Counted from the stretch's first letter, positions 1 through 9,504 are shown. The stretch is DNA of 64,000 bases from Gemmatimonadota bacterium (GCA_031400975.1 JANNQX010000168.1:591-64590); one strand, 5' to 3'. Translations and numbers: made by a program. Notes: generated by a model not told the origin, from the letters alone.

Positions 1-1369
1 GGCCCTTGTCGCCGGCGAAGCTGTTCTTTTGCTGTGCTTCGACGTGAAAGATGTCGGACCGTTCCTTGAGACCAGCCCCCGAGGCGAGCGAGTACTGCGG
101 CTCTTCCGTGTTACGCCCGTTCCAGTATGCCATCACGTCGAACGCCTTGGCCGCGTAGTTGAACCGGGTGTAGGGTCGAATCGACTTGGTGATTTGGACC
201 CGACCGATCCCGGTGACGGCGGTTTCGTTCTCGGCCAACGCCATCCCGAATTCGCCGGTCGCAACGCTACCGTTGCTGGCGTAGTAGTCGAGCCGAGCGG
301 ACCCGTAGGTGCTCTTGACCGGGTCCCGGTCGCCGGACAAGGCCCCGGTAACCGGATCGGCGGTTTGGCCGTTCAAGGGCCGGAGTTCGCGCCGGACGCA
401 GGAGGTGCAGATCCCCCGGAACACCAGGGAGTCCGTGGCAGGTGCGTATTCGCTTCGGAGGGCGAAGCCGTCGAGTTGGGTCCGAGAACGCGACCAGGTG
501 TCGCTTCGGTAGTAACCGAGATTGACCCGGTATCCGAAGCGCCCGCCGTTCAACAGGCCGGCGTGGCGGATGTCAGCTTTGGCGGTCGACAGCTGGCCCC
601 CCCCGATGCTCAGCTTGGTGCCGACCACTTCGCGAGCGGTCGGGGTCTTGATATTGAGGACGCCGGCATAGGCATTGGCCCCGTAGAGGGCCGACCCCGG
701 GCCGCGGACCAGTTCCATCGATCCGATGTCCTCGGTCGGAATCGGGAGGGCATTCCATTCCTGATTGCCGAGGAAGCCCGTGGCGACGTCGCGGCCGTCG
801 ATCAACACCAGGACTCGGCGGTTCAAGGATGAGTTGAATCCCCGGGTATTGACGTTGAAATCATTGACGCCGTTCTGGGCTAGATCGACCCCAGGGACCG
901 CAGCGAGGGCCAAGGGCGCCTGTCCGGTAATCGAGGTGGTCTGGAGGGTGCGGGCGTCGATCACGGAGACGGCTGCCGGGGCCTGGGTCACTCGTTCGGG
1001 TGCTTTGGATGCGGTGGTGACCACCAGGTCACTGAGCGCAATCGGATGGGGCTCGAGGGTAGCGTCGGCCGTGACGGTGCCGCCGGCGGTCACGGTCACC
1101 GAGACCTCGGCCGGTTTGTAGCCGAGCCACCGAAACACCAGCGTGTAGGTGCCGGCCGGCACTCGATCGAGTTGGTAACGGCCTTGGGTGTTGGTGACGG
1201 CCGTCGTTCCCGGCCCCCGGACTGCGATGGTAACGCTCGCGAGCGCGGCGCCGTCATCCGACCGGGTGACCTTGCCGATGATGGTCCCAGTGCTTTGGGC
1301 CTGAACTGCGGCCGAGGCTGGGAGCGTGAGGGCCATCGCAAGCAGCCCCGCCGAACGAAGGAAGCGCAT
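1..1369 (-). CDS. TonB-dependent receptor, N-terminal part (gene runs off the left window edge)
   Basis: Not in the ORF track because no stop lies in the window. Reverse-strand ATG at 1369-1367 gives signal peptide MRFLRSAGLLAMALTLPASAAVQAQS. A carboxypeptidase-regulatory-like domain follows (GTIIGKVTRSDDGAALASVTIAVRGPGTT...GRYQLDRVPAGTYTLVFRWLGY). Then a plug domain (MELVRGPGSALYGANAYAGVLNIKT), in frame with the ATG. The + ORF 29..832 is its antisense shadow. Confidence 0.85.
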   Translation of the reverse strand, partial: MRFLRSAGLLAMALTLPASAAVQAQSTGTIIGKVTRSDDGAALASVTIAVRGPGTTAVTNTQGRYQLDRVPAGTYTLVFRWLGYKPAEVSVTVTAGGTVTADATLEPHPIALSDLVVTTASKAPERVTQAPAAVSVIDARTLQTTSITGQAPLALAAVPGVDLAQNGVNDFNVNTRGFNSSLNRRVLVLIDGRDVATGFLGNQEWNALPIPTEDIGSMELVRGPGSALYGANAYAGVLNIKTPTAREVVGTKLSIGGGQLSTAKADIRHAGLLNGGRFGYRVNLGYYRSDTWSRSRTQLDGFALRSEYAPATDSLVFRGICTSCVRRELRPLNGQTADPVTGALSGDRDPVKSTYGSARLDYYASNGSVATGEFGMALAENETAVTGIGRVQITKSIRPYTRFNYAAKAFDVMAYWNGRNTEEPQYSLASGAGLKERSDIFHVEAQQKNSFAGDKG

Positions 1370-1430
1370 GTTTCATCTCAGATCGATGAGTGGAATCGGG
1401 ACCCGGCCGAGCCGAGTCATCCTACGGGGG

Positions 1431-1457
1431 AAAAAAGGTGCACCCCGGAACGGTGCT
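1431..1457 (-). terminator. weak hairpin plus U-tract downstream of the BNR gene
   Basis: On the reverse strand the sequence reads GCACC-gttccgg-GGTGC followed by ACCTTTTTT, just 3' of the stop at 1475. The stem is only 5 bp. Confidence 0.3.
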
Positions 1458-1474
1458 CTGCAAGGGCCAGGCGA

Positions 1475-2671
1475 CTAGCGGCCCAACCGGAGCCGAGTCA
1501 CCCGGACCCGCGGAGCTGCCCCGCTCGCCGCGCCCGGCTCGGCGTAGGCGATGTACAGGTCGCTCCCCAGCAATGCGGTCCGGGGGAATCCGCCGTCCCG
1601 GGTCCGGCTGCTGGTCCCGGCGGTTTGGACCGCGATTGGGCCTGGGCGGTCCGCGCCGAATTGGCGGATCTGCCAGGCTGCCCCGTCGCCCTTGGCTTCG
1701 AGCCAGGTGACGACGCCCCGCCCTGGGCCGGTGACCTGAACGTGGACGCGGCCTAGGGGATTGCCCTCATCGATCCGAATCGGACGCCCAAAGGTCTGGC
1801 CCCCGTCATGGGAGAGCGCGGCCTTGACCATAGGGGTGCCCTTGGCAGCGGTAAACCACGCCACCGCGACCGCGTTACCAGCCGCGGCGATCGACGGCCC
1901 ATTGACAGGGCACTGTCGGGAGAGCCAGCCATCGTTCGCGACGATCGCGGGAGCCGACCATTGGTTCCCGGTTTGGCGGACGATCGCGATGTCGCGGATC
2001 TCCTGATCGGATCGATCCCGATAGACCACCACCAGACCAGCCTGGGCCGCGGCCATCGAGACTTGGCAACACTCACAGGTTCGAGCGTCGAGGGTGGTTT
2101 CAGGCGAGATCGATCCGTCGGGGTTCCAGGCGGCCATCCGAACCGACATGGCGCCGCCGGGGTCGGTCATCTGACGTCCGTCGAGCCACGCCACCGCGAC
2201 CGACCCTGTCAGCAGCGGTACCATGGTCGCAAATCCGTGTTCGGTGGCGGACGTATCGGAATGGACGGTTACCGGGGCCGACCAGGTCCGGCCTCGGTCC
2301 GTGGAGGCGGCGAGCCGGACGTGATAGGCGTATGCCTTCGCGGCGGTCTTCTCGAGCCAATGAACCACCCAGGTCCCGGTGGCTGTTTCGGTGATCGAGG
2401 CGAAATCGGCCCAATTGACAAAGAACCGGTCGCTTTCGGCGACGGTGACCGGCTCGGACCACAGGTTGTCCACCCGGCTGGTGGCTCTCAGCGCATACCG
2501 CTTGTCGGCCAGTGGCTCAAGCCAACTGAGGAGCAGGTCACCCCCGGCGGTTCGGGTGAGGTGAGGCTTACTGCTGCCCAGTGGGCCGGTCCACTCCACA
2601 ACTGGGCCGGGGGCGCCGCCGGTGAGCCCCAGGGCGGCGAGCGCGGCTACCATGACGATCTGAATCCGCAT
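1475..2671 (-). CDS. BNR/Asp-box repeat (sialidase-fold) secreted protein
   Basis: 398-aa ORF with signal peptide MRIQIVMVAALAALGL. Asp-box motifs STDRGRTWS and SHDGGQTFG indicate a beta-propeller-like repeat organisation. Confidence 0.7.
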   Translation of the reverse strand: MRIQIVMVAALAALGLTGGAPGPVVEWTGPLGSSKPHLTRTAGGDLLLSWLEPLADKRYALRATSRVDNLWSEPVTVAESDRFFVNWADFASITETATGTWVVHWLEKTAAKAYAYHVRLAASTDRGRTWSAPVTVHSDTSATEHGFATMVPLLTGSVAVAWLDGRQMTDPGGAMSVRMAAWNPDGSISPETTLDARTCECCQVSMAAAQAGLVVVYRDRSDQEIRDIAIVRQTGNQWSAPAIVANDGWLSRQCPVNGPSIAAAGNAVAVAWFTAAKGTPMVKAALSHDGGQTFGRPIRIDEGNPLGRVHVQVTGPGRGVVTWLEAKGDGAAWQIRQFGADRPGPIAVQTAGTSSRTRDGGFPRTALLGSDLYIAYAEPGAASGAAPRVRVTRLRLGR

Positions 2672-2686
2672 CAGCAGAATATCGCT

Positions 2687-3160
2687 CTAGGGGGGCGAGT
2701 CCGCCAATCGGCGGGCCGATCGGGTGGGGCGACGAGCCTTTTGGGGCCGGCTGGGTTGACGTGTCGCGAGTTCCGCGAGGGTGGTTCGGCGTAGGAACCG
2801 AATGATGCTGTCTCCGATGGCGCTCCACGTGGCGTGGGCGGTGCAGGCGCTCCGCTCGCTGCAGCTGGCTTGGCCGAGGAGGCAGCGGCGGGTTGCTTCG
2901 AACCGCTCGAAAGGCTCGACCACCTGGTAGAGCGTGATGTCGCCGGCGGGCCGGGCGAGGCTGAAGCCGCCGTTTCTGCCTCGGATCGAGGTCAGGACAC
3001 CGGCGCGACTTAGTTGGGATAGGATTTTCGAGAGGTAGTTCTTCGGTACCCTGAGAGTGGCCGCGAGGACCCCAACCTCGGTTGGGCCCTCGGCGGCTCG
3101 TTTCGCGAGGGCCGTGACGGCTTGGAGGGCATACTCGGAAGTCTGCGATAGGACAGCCAT
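2687..3160 (-). CDS. Rrf2-family transcriptional regulator (NsrR/IscR-like, probable Fe-S sensor)
   Basis: Track ORF is 2687..3238; the likely start is the internal ATG at 3160 (MAVLSQTSEYALQAVTALA...). It has the typical Rrf2 winged-helix N-terminus (VPKNYLSKILSQLSRAGVLTSIRGRNGGFSLARP). A three-Cys cluster CLLGQASCSERSAC (C-x7-C-x5-C) matches Fe-S ligating Rrf2 proteins. Confidence 0.85.
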   Translation of the reverse strand: MAVLSQTSEYALQAVTALAKRAAEGPTEVGVLAATLRVPKNYLSKILSQLSRAGVLTSIRGRNGGFSLARPAGDITLYQVVEPFERFEATRRCLLGQASCSERSACTAHATWSAIGDSIIRFLRRTTLAELATRQPSRPQKARRPTRSARRLADSPP

Positions 3161-3281
3161 AATGGGATAACAACATGATAATATGGCTTTTAGGTCATGC
3201 AAGTCGTTGAAGGGCACTAACTCTAAAGATGGCTTCACCCCGCCTTAACGAATTCTCGCGGGCCTCGGCGATAGGATCGGA
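3161..3281. promoter_or_regulatory. AT-rich divergent control region between the Rrf2 regulator and the cytochrome c-nosZ operon
   Basis: G+C drops sharply here (aatgggataacaacatgataatatggcttttaggtcatgc...). ATGGCTT occurs twice about 45 bp apart, and a TAATAT -10-like element is present. No operator could be assigned with confidence. Confidence 0.4.
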
Positions 3282-3809
3282 GTGTCGAAAACGAGATTCA
3301 TGGGACATTCACGAGTGAGGCGTATGCCAGGTCGACGAGCGGCGGTGATGGTGTTAGCGGTGGTGGCTATGGCGGCCTGCGGCGGGAAGGAAACCGCCGG
3401 ATCGGCGCCGCCGGCGGCGGATGCCAGCCAGGGGGCTGACGGCCTGACCCCGTTTCAGTTGGAGCACGGGATCGGTCCGATCACGGAGGTCTTGACCCTC
3501 GCCGCTTTGGACAAGGGGCTGGCCGACTCCGGTCAGAAGGTCTACGGCGCCAAGTGTACCGCCTGTCATAAGATCGGCGAGACGTACATCGGCCCCGCCT
3601 TGGGCGAGGTGTTGACGCGTCGGACTCCGACGTTCGTCATGAACATGATCCTCAATCCGAACGAAATGGTCGAACGACATCCGGTCGCCAAGCAGCTACT
3701 CGCTGAGGCGATGACGTTGATGGCCAATCAAGGCCTGACGACAGAAGACGCGCGGGCCGTCGTGGAGTATCTCCGAACGCAAACCACTGGAACGGTAAAA
3801 TCACAATGA
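3282..3809 (+). CDS. monoheme c-type cytochrome, lipoprotein-type signal (putative electron donor to clade II NosZ)
   Basis: Single CxxCH motif (KCTACHK) with a downstream Met-rich segment (FVMNMILNPNEM). Lipobox AMAAC. The stop overlaps the nosZ start (ATGA at 3806-3809). The true start may be an internal ATG at 3300 or 3324. Confidence 0.8.
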   Translation: MSKTRFMGHSRVRRMPGRRAAVMVLAVVAMAACGGKETAGSAPPAADASQGADGLTPFQLEHGIGPITEVLTLAALDKGLADSGQKVYGAKCTACHKIGETYIGPALGEVLTRRTPTFVMNMILNPNEMVERHPVAKQLLAEAMTLMANQGLTTEDARAVVEYLRTQTTGTVKSQ

Positions 3810-5749
3810 GACAGGGGAATCGAGCAATGCGTGTCGCAACTTTGGGGCTCCTGGCGCTCGCTGGCTGCGCTGGTCAGCCCGGCAGCCCAATTGGGGGTAG
3901 CGGCGACGCTGCCTCGAAGGTCTACGTGGCCCCGGGCCAGTTCGACGAGTTCTATGCGTTCATGTCTGGGGGTTTCAGCGGCAACGTCACGGTCTACGGA
4001 CTTCCATCGGGCCGCTTGCTGCAGCAAATCCCGGTGTTCTCGCAGTACCCGGAAAAGGGTTATGGGTATAGCGAGGAATCGAAGGCCTTGCTCAACACGA
4101 GTTTCGGGATGGTCCCGTGGGATGACGCCCACCATCCGCAGTTGTCGACCACCAACGGCGAGTACGACGGCCGGTGGCTCTTCATCAATGGCAACAACAC
4201 GCCCCGGGTGGCCCGCCTGGGTTTGACCAAGTTCGAGACCGAAGAAATCATCGAGATTCCGAACTCGGGTGGCGGTCATGCTTCTCCGTTTCTCACTGAG
4301 AATACCGAGTACGTAGTCAGCGCCACCCGGTTTGCGGTCCCGACGCCTCAGGCGGATGTGCCGATCGCAGGGACCAAGTTCGGTGGGCTCCTGTCGTTCG
4401 TGAAGGTCGACCCGAAGACCGGCCACATGGCGCTGGCCTTCCAGATCCACATGCCGGGTTTCGACTACGATCTCTCGCGCTCAGGTAAGGGGCCATCCCA
4501 CGGTTGGTCATTCTTCAGTTCCTACAATTCTGAAGAGGCCAAAACGCTGCTCGAGAAGAACGCCTCTCAGAAGGACAAGGACTTCATCGCCGCCGTCAAC
4601 TGGAAGCAAGCCGAGCAGTGTGTGGCCGGCGGCAAGGCCAAGCAGTGGCCGGCCCGCTATGCGCACAACATCCGAAATGAAGATGGTGTCTCGACGTCGG
4701 AAATCCTGACGACGGCCACGGTACTTGAGCCCTCCGATTGCCCCGGTATCGTGTATTTCCTCCCGACGCCGAAGTCGCCGCACGGAGCCGATGTCGACCC
4801 CAGCGGTGAGTACATCGTCGGGGGCGGCAAGTTGGCCACCGTCATTCCGGTCCATTCCTTCTCGAAGATGACCCAGGCCATTGCCGACAAGGCTTTTGAA
4901 ACGGAAATCGGTGGGGTGCCCGTCCTTCGATACGAGGCCGTCAATGCCTGTGAGGTCAAGAATCCCGGCCTGGGGCCTTTGCACACCGAATTCGACGACA
5001 AGGGCTTCGCGTATACGTCGGTATTCCTGTCGTCCGAGATTATCAAATGGGATCTCAAGAAGTGCGAAGTGGTCGATCGGACGCCGACCTTCTATTCCAT
5101 CGGCCACTTGCTGGTTCCCGGCGGTGATACCCGCAAACCGTATGGCAAGTACGTCATCGCGCTCAACAAAATCACCAAGGATCGCTACCTCCCGACCGGT
5201 CCTGAGTTGACCCAGTCAGCCCAGCTCTACGACATCTCGGGTGACAAGATGCGGTTGCTGCTCGACTTCCCGACTACGGGCGAGCCTCACTACGCTCAGG
5301 CCATCGTGGCCTCCAAGATCAAGGATCAGCAGCTTCGGACCTTTGCCTTGGAAGCCAACCACCACCCCGACGCGGTCAAAGCCGAGAAGGACGTCAAGGT
5401 GGTTCGTCAGGGCACCACCGTCCACGTGACGATGACGGCGATTCGCAGCCACTTCATGCCCGACAACATCGAGGGGATTCAGGTCGGCGATTCGGTCTAC
5501 TTCCACATCACGAACTTGGAACAGGACTGGGACGTACCGCACGGCTTCGCGGTCATGGGCGCCAACACGTCCGAACTGTTGTTGATGCCCGGCCAAACCC
5601 AGACCATCGTGTGGAAGCCGAGCCGGCCCGGCGTCTTCCCATTCTATTGCACCGACTTCTGTTCGGCCCTCCATCAGGAAATGCAGGGGTACATTCGGGT
5701 ATCGCCGAAGGGCTCGAACACCAAGATTTCCTACAACACTGGGCAATGA
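3806..5749 (+). CDS. nosZ: nitrous-oxide reductase, clade II (Sec-dependent) type
   Basis: 647 aa. CuZ-region motif WDDAHHPQLS. C-terminal cupredoxin CuA motif CTDFCSALHQEM (C-x3-C-x3-H-x2-M), with DVPHGF upstream. The N-terminus has no twin-arginine motif and shows a lipobox (LLALAGC). Flanked by nosB/L/D/F/Y. Confidence 0.95.
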   Translation: MRQGNRAMRVATLGLLALAGCAGQPGSPIGGSGDAASKVYVAPGQFDEFYAFMSGGFSGNVTVYGLPSGRLLQQIPVFSQYPEKGYGYSEESKALLNTSFGMVPWDDAHHPQLSTTNGEYDGRWLFINGNNTPRVARLGLTKFETEEIIEIPNSGGGHASPFLTENTEYVVSATRFAVPTPQADVPIAGTKFGGLLSFVKVDPKTGHMALAFQIHMPGFDYDLSRSGKGPSHGWSFFSSYNSEEAKTLLEKNASQKDKDFIAAVNWKQAEQCVAGGKAKQWPARYAHNIRNEDGVSTSEILTTATVLEPSDCPGIVYFLPTPKSPHGADVDPSGEYIVGGGKLATVIPVHSFSKMTQAIADKAFETEIGGVPVLRYEAVNACEVKNPGLGPLHTEFDDKGFAYTSVFLSSEIIKWDLKKCEVVDRTPTFYSIGHLLVPGGDTRKPYGKYVIALNKITKDRYLPTGPELTQSAQLYDISGDKMRLLLDFPTTGEPHYAQAIVASKIKDQQLRTFALEANHHPDAVKAEKDVKVVRQGTTVHVTMTAIRSHFMPDNIEGIQVGDSVYFHITNLEQDWDVPHGFAVMGANTSELLLMPGQTQTIVWKPSRPGVFPFYCTDFCSALHQEMQGYIRVSPKGSNTKISYNTGQ

Positions 5750-5752
5750 TCC

Positions 5753-6331
5753 ATGATGCGCGGTTGGAGCCGGGTGCTGCTGGCCCTCGCGGCACTCGGT
5801 CTGGTGACGAGCTACTTCGCGCCCCTCTGGCACATTGCCCTCAAGGCGCCGCAATACCCGGAAGGCCTCGGCATGTACATCTGGTCGAGCAAGATCACCG
5901 GTGAGCTTCGGAGCATCAACGGGCTCAACCACTACATCGGGATGAAGGAGATCCACCCCGAGGCCATTCCCGAGTTGCGGCTGATGCCGCAAATCGTGGC
6001 CGGCCTCGTCGTGCTCGGCCTGGCGGCCGCCGCGTTTGGGCGGCGGGTCGGATTGTATGCCTGGACGGCTCTGTTTGGAGCGGGAGCGCTGGTGGGTCTC
6101 GTGGATTTCTGGCTGTGGGGCTACGATTACGGTCACAATCTCAACCCCGAAGCGGCGATCCGGATTCCGGGGATGAGCTATCAGCCGCCGCTCATTGGAC
6201 CCAAACAATTGCTGAACTTCCAAGCGACCTCGTGGCCGGCCGTTGCCGGGTGGGTGGCCGTGCTCTCGCTGGTGGTGGTAGTGGGGCTCTCGGTCGTCGA
6301 ATGGCGCGGGGCCAAGCGAGCGACCGCCTGA
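5753..6331 (+). CDS. nosB: NosB-like integral membrane protein typical of clade II nos clusters
   Basis: 192 aa with several hydrophobic helices (VLLALAALGLVTSYFAPLW, IVAGLVVLGLAAAAF, WVAVLSLVVVVGL). It sits immediately after nosZ. The call rests on position plus topology only. Confidence 0.55.
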   Translation: MMRGWSRVLLALAALGLVTSYFAPLWHIALKAPQYPEGLGMYIWSSKITGELRSINGLNHYIGMKEIHPEAIPELRLMPQIVAGLVVLGLAAAAFGRRVGLYAWTALFGAGALVGLVDFWLWGYDYGHNLNPEAAIRIPGMSYQPPLIGPKQLLNFQATSWPAVAGWVAVLSLVVVVGLSVVEWRGAKRATA

Positions 6332-6783
6332 CCCGGCTCGAGGTGATTCTCGTCCTCGCCGCGGCGGGGCTTGGCGGGGCGGGGTGTGGTCACCCCGCCC
6401 CGCGACCGCTGGTGGAAGGGACGGACGTCTGCGCCCATTGCCACATGACGATGGTTGAACGCCGGTTTGGTGGTGAGTTCGTATCGACGACGGGCAAGGT
6501 GACCCCGTTCGACGACGTCGGCTGCCTGGCGATGGGTCTGATCGGGGCCGATTCGACCCGGGTGCATTCGTTGTGGGTGAGTGACTACCTCGAGCCCGAC
6601 TCCGTCGTGGCGGTCGAGCGGATGATTTTTATCCGAACCGATTCGGTCCGAACGCCGATGCACTACGGAATTGTGGCGGTTCGTCCGGGTCCGGCCGCGG
6701 ACAGTCTGACGATCGCGCTGGGGGGTACGAAGCTCGGGTGGCACGAAGTCGTCGCCGGGGCCCGGGCCGGCACGCTCCGATGA
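6301..6783 (+). CDS. nosL: NosL copper-chaperone lipoprotein
   Basis: Track ORF starts at 6115, which would overlap nosB. A plausible start is ATG 6301, or the in-frame GTG at 6343. Lipobox LGGAGC. NosL-type motif TDVCAHCHMTMVERRFGGEF...FDDVGC. Confidence 0.8.
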   Translation: MARGQASDRLTRLEVILVLAAAGLGGAGCGHPAPRPLVEGTDVCAHCHMTMVERRFGGEFVSTTGKVTPFDDVGCLAMGLIGADSTRVHSLWVSDYLEPDSVVAVERMIFIRTDSVRTPMHYGIVAVRPGPAADSLTIALGGTKLGWHEVVAGARAGTLR

Positions 6784-7982
6784 TCGGGCTTCTCACGGCG
6801 TTTGGAGTGATTACGGTCTCGGCCACGGGTTCGGTTCGCCGGCTATCTGAAGCGGTGGCCCGGGCCGGCGCTGGTGATACGATCGTCGTCGTGGCCGGCC
6901 GCTACCCAGAGGCCGCACCGGTCCGAATCGATCGCCCCCTCACCATTATCGGCCGGGGCCGACCGGTGATCGCCGGTCGCGGCGATCACACGATTCTCCT
7001 GATCACCGCAGCCGGGGTGATTGTGGAGGGTCTGGTGATCGAACACGTTCTTCCGATTAGCACCGAGGATCGGGCGGGCATTCGCCTTGAGGGGGCGGCC
7101 GGCTGTGAGATCCGGGATCTCGAGATTCGAGACACGTACTTCGGCATCTACGGCGCCAAGGTCGAGCGGTGCCTAATCGTGGGAAACCGGGTGACGGGGC
7201 CGAGCCGGTCCGAGCAGGCCAGCGGGAATGCGATTCAGTTCTGGAACTCGAGTCGAATCACGGTGCAAGGCAATACGGTGACCGGGCATCGCGACGGCAT
7301 TTACCTCGAGTTCGTGACCGAAAGTCTCCTGACGGACAACCTGAGCCGTGGCAATCGGCGGTATGGTCTCCACTTCATGTCGTCCCATCAGTGCCGCTAT
7401 GAACGGAACCGATTTGTCGGCAATGGTGCCGGGGTGGCCGTCATGTACACGAACCATGTGGTGATGGAGGCCAACGAGTTTCTCGACAATCGGGGCCCGG
7501 CGGCCTACGGCCTTCTGCTCAAGGACATTTCCGACGGCGATATGCGCGGCAACACGTTCCGGGGCAACACGACCGGACTCTACCTCGAGGGCGTGAACCG
7601 AGTCCTGGTGTCGGGCAACCGGTTTGAGGCGAACGGTTGGGGGGTCCGGCTTCTGGCGAATTCCACCGCCAATCAGTTCAACGGAAACATGTTTGTCGGA
7701 AACGCATTCGATGTCGCGACCAACAGCCGAACCGCGTCGAGCACTTTTGCCGGCAACTACTGGGACCAGTACCGGGGGTTCGATCGCAATCGCGATGGGA
7801 AGGGCGATGTGCCCCATCGGCTGGTTCGGCTATTTTCACTGGTCGTCGAGCAGAGCGACCCAGCCTTGATTCTGCTTCGGAGTCTGTTCGTCGACCTCCT
7901 CGATCAGGCCGAGCGAGTCCTACCGATCCTCACGCCGGAGAACCTGGTGGACGCGTCGCCGTTGATGGTGCCGCCCCGGTGA
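6780..7982 (+). CDS. nosD: NosD, periplasmic right-handed beta-helix copper-processing protein
   Basis: Parallel beta-helix repeats (GIYGAKVERCLIVGNRVTG, NAIQFWNSSRITVQGNTVTG, DGIYLEFVTESLLTDN, GLHFMSSHQCRYERNRFVGN...). ATG 6780 overlaps the nosL stop (ATGA). The track start 6738 is an alternative. Confidence 0.9.
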   Translation: MIGLLTAFGVITVSATGSVRRLSEAVARAGAGDTIVVVAGRYPEAAPVRIDRPLTIIGRGRPVIAGRGDHTILLITAAGVIVEGLVIEHVLPISTEDRAGIRLEGAAGCEIRDLEIRDTYFGIYGAKVERCLIVGNRVTGPSRSEQASGNAIQFWNSSRITVQGNTVTGHRDGIYLEFVTESLLTDNLSRGNRRYGLHFMSSHQCRYERNRFVGNGAGVAVMYTNHVVMEANEFLDNRGPAAYGLLLKDISDGDMRGNTFRGNTTGLYLEGVNRVLVSGNRFEANGWGVRLLANSTANQFNGNMFVGNAFDVATNSRTASSTFAGNYWDQYRGFDRNRDGKGDVPHRLVRLFSLVVEQSDPALILLRSLFVDLLDQAERVLPILTPENLVDASPLMVPPR

Positions 7983-8713
7983 CCCAATCTGGGCCAGCTC
8001 AGGTTGAGGTTGAGGGGCTCCGAAAACGCTTCGGTCGTCTCGAGGCCCTGCAGGGCGCGGACTTCACGGTCGGCGCGGGGCGAATCACGGCGCTCGTCGG
8101 GCCGAACGCCGCCGGCAAGAGCACCCTGATCAAGGCGATTCTCGGTCTGGTCAGAATTCGTCCCGGCGACGGACGGATCCTGTTGGATGGGGTACCGATC
8201 GATGGTGATGTCCGGTCCCGGGAGCGGATCGGATACATGCCGCAGGCGGCCCGATTCCCGGATCAGCTGAGCGCCAGGGAAGTACTGGCGCTGGTGCGCG
8301 GGCTTCGTCCGATGGATCTACCGGTTGACCACGAATTGCTGGAGCGATTCCAACTCGAACCGATGCTCGACAAGCCGATTCGGGTCCTGTCGGGCGGCAC
8401 CCGTCAGAAGCTCAACGCCGCGGTCGCCTTTCTGTTTCGGCCGGCCCTCGTCATCCTGGACGAACCGACCGCGGGGCTCGATCCGATTTCAAGCGGCATC
8501 TTCAAAGAAAAGGTCCTCGGCGCCCCGGCGGCCGGTACCACGGTGCTGTTGACGTCGCATATTCTGCCGGAGATCGAGGAACTGGCCCAAGATATCGTCT
8601 TCTTAGTCGAGGGCCGGGTCGTCTTCCAAGGGCCGATCGCCAGGTTGCTCGAACAGACCGGCGCCGGCCGGCTCGAGCGAGCGGTGGCGTTGTTGATGGC
8701 GCGGGGACGATGA
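7979..8713 (+). CDS. nosF: NosF ABC-transporter ATPase
   Basis: GTG 7979 overlaps the nosD stop (GTGA). Walker A GPNAAGKST, signature LSGGTRQKL, Walker B LVILDEPTAGLD. The track ORF start 7637 lies inside nosD and is rejected. Confidence 0.9.
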   Translation: MTQSGPAQVEVEGLRKRFGRLEALQGADFTVGAGRITALVGPNAAGKSTLIKAILGLVRIRPGDGRILLDGVPIDGDVRSRERIGYMPQAARFPDQLSAREVLALVRGLRPMDLPVDHELLERFQLEPMLDKPIRVLSGGTRQKLNAAVAFLFRPALVILDEPTAGLDPISSGIFKEKVLGAPAAGTTVLLTSHILPEIEELAQDIVFLVEGRVVFQGPIARLLEQTGAGRLERAVALLMARGR

Positions 8714-9504
8714 CAACACCGTTCCGCCGGGTCCTCGCGTCGCAACTTCGCAACGTGCTTCGAAGCCGTTGGCTGGTAGGATATACGGCGCTCCTCTTCG
8801 GGGTCACCGTCTTGTTGCTTCGGTTCGGCGGAAGCGGCGAACGGGCCTTGCTCAGTCTCGTCAACGTTGTCCTGTTGCTGGTCCCGTTGGTAAGCGTGGT
8901 GTTTGGTACCCTGTATGTCTATAACGCCCGCGAGTTCATCGAGTTACTGTTGGCCCAACCGGTGGGACGAGGTGCGGTCTATCTGGGGATGTTTGGCGGC
9001 CTCGCCGTGCCGCAGGTCGCGACGCTGTTGCTTGGTGTTGGGGGTCCGCTCGTCGGGCAGGCATTCAGCGAACCGGCGATCGTTCGACCGTTGGTCATGC
9101 TCCTGGCGGTGGGGATCTGCTTGACCCTGGTATTCACGGCGTTTGCCCTCTGCGTGGCGGTCCTGGTGGAGGAGCGCTCGCGAGGGTTCGGCGTGGCCCT
9201 GTTAGTGTGGCTTGGTTGTACCGTGCTCTATGATGGGGTCATCCTTCTCGTGCTGACGACGTTGCGGGACTACCCGCTGGAAACCCCGGTGGTCGTGATG
9301 ACCTTTCTCAACCCGATCGACTTAGCCCGCGTCGTACTGCTGCTGACGTTCGACGTTGCGATCTTGATGGGGTACACTGGGACGCTCTTCGCCGAGTTGT
9401 TCGGGACGACATTCGGTATTGCGGCCGCGTTTGGAATGCTGATCATGTGTTCCGTGATCCCGTTGATCGCCGGACTACGGTGGTTCCGGCGCAAGGATTT
9501 CTGA
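8710..9504 (+). CDS. nosY: NosY ABC-2 type permease
   Basis: 264 aa, polytopic membrane protein. ATGA overlap with nosF. Last gene of the nos cluster. Confidence 0.85.
   Translation: MTTPFRRVLASQLRNVLRSRWLVGYTALLFGVTVLLLRFGGSGERALLSLVNVVLLLVPLVSVVFGTLYVYNAREFIELLLAQPVGRGAVYLGMFGGLAVPQVATLLLGVGGPLVGQAFSEPAIVRPLVMLLAVGICLTLVFTAFALCVAVLVEERSRGFGVALLVWLGCTVLYDGVILLVLTTLRDYPLETPVVVMTFLNPIDLARVVLLLTFDVAILMGYTGTLFAELFGTTFGIAAAFGMLIMCSVIPLIAGLRWFRRKDF

Noticed and set aside
29-832. 267-aa + strand ORF at the left edge
   Set aside because: It is the antisense shadow of the TonB-dependent receptor, whose plug and carboxypeptidase-regulatory motifs read clearly on the minus strand.
5216-6223. Long antisense ORFs such as 5216..6223(-). 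Others are 16115..17044(-), 18589..19674(-), 21346..22164(-), 35230..35889(-), 44396..45211(-), 45208..46047(-) and 47571..48713(-).
   Set aside because: Each lies opposite a gene with strong family motifs. They have Arg/Pro/Gly-rich low-information sequence and no start-context or coupling logic.
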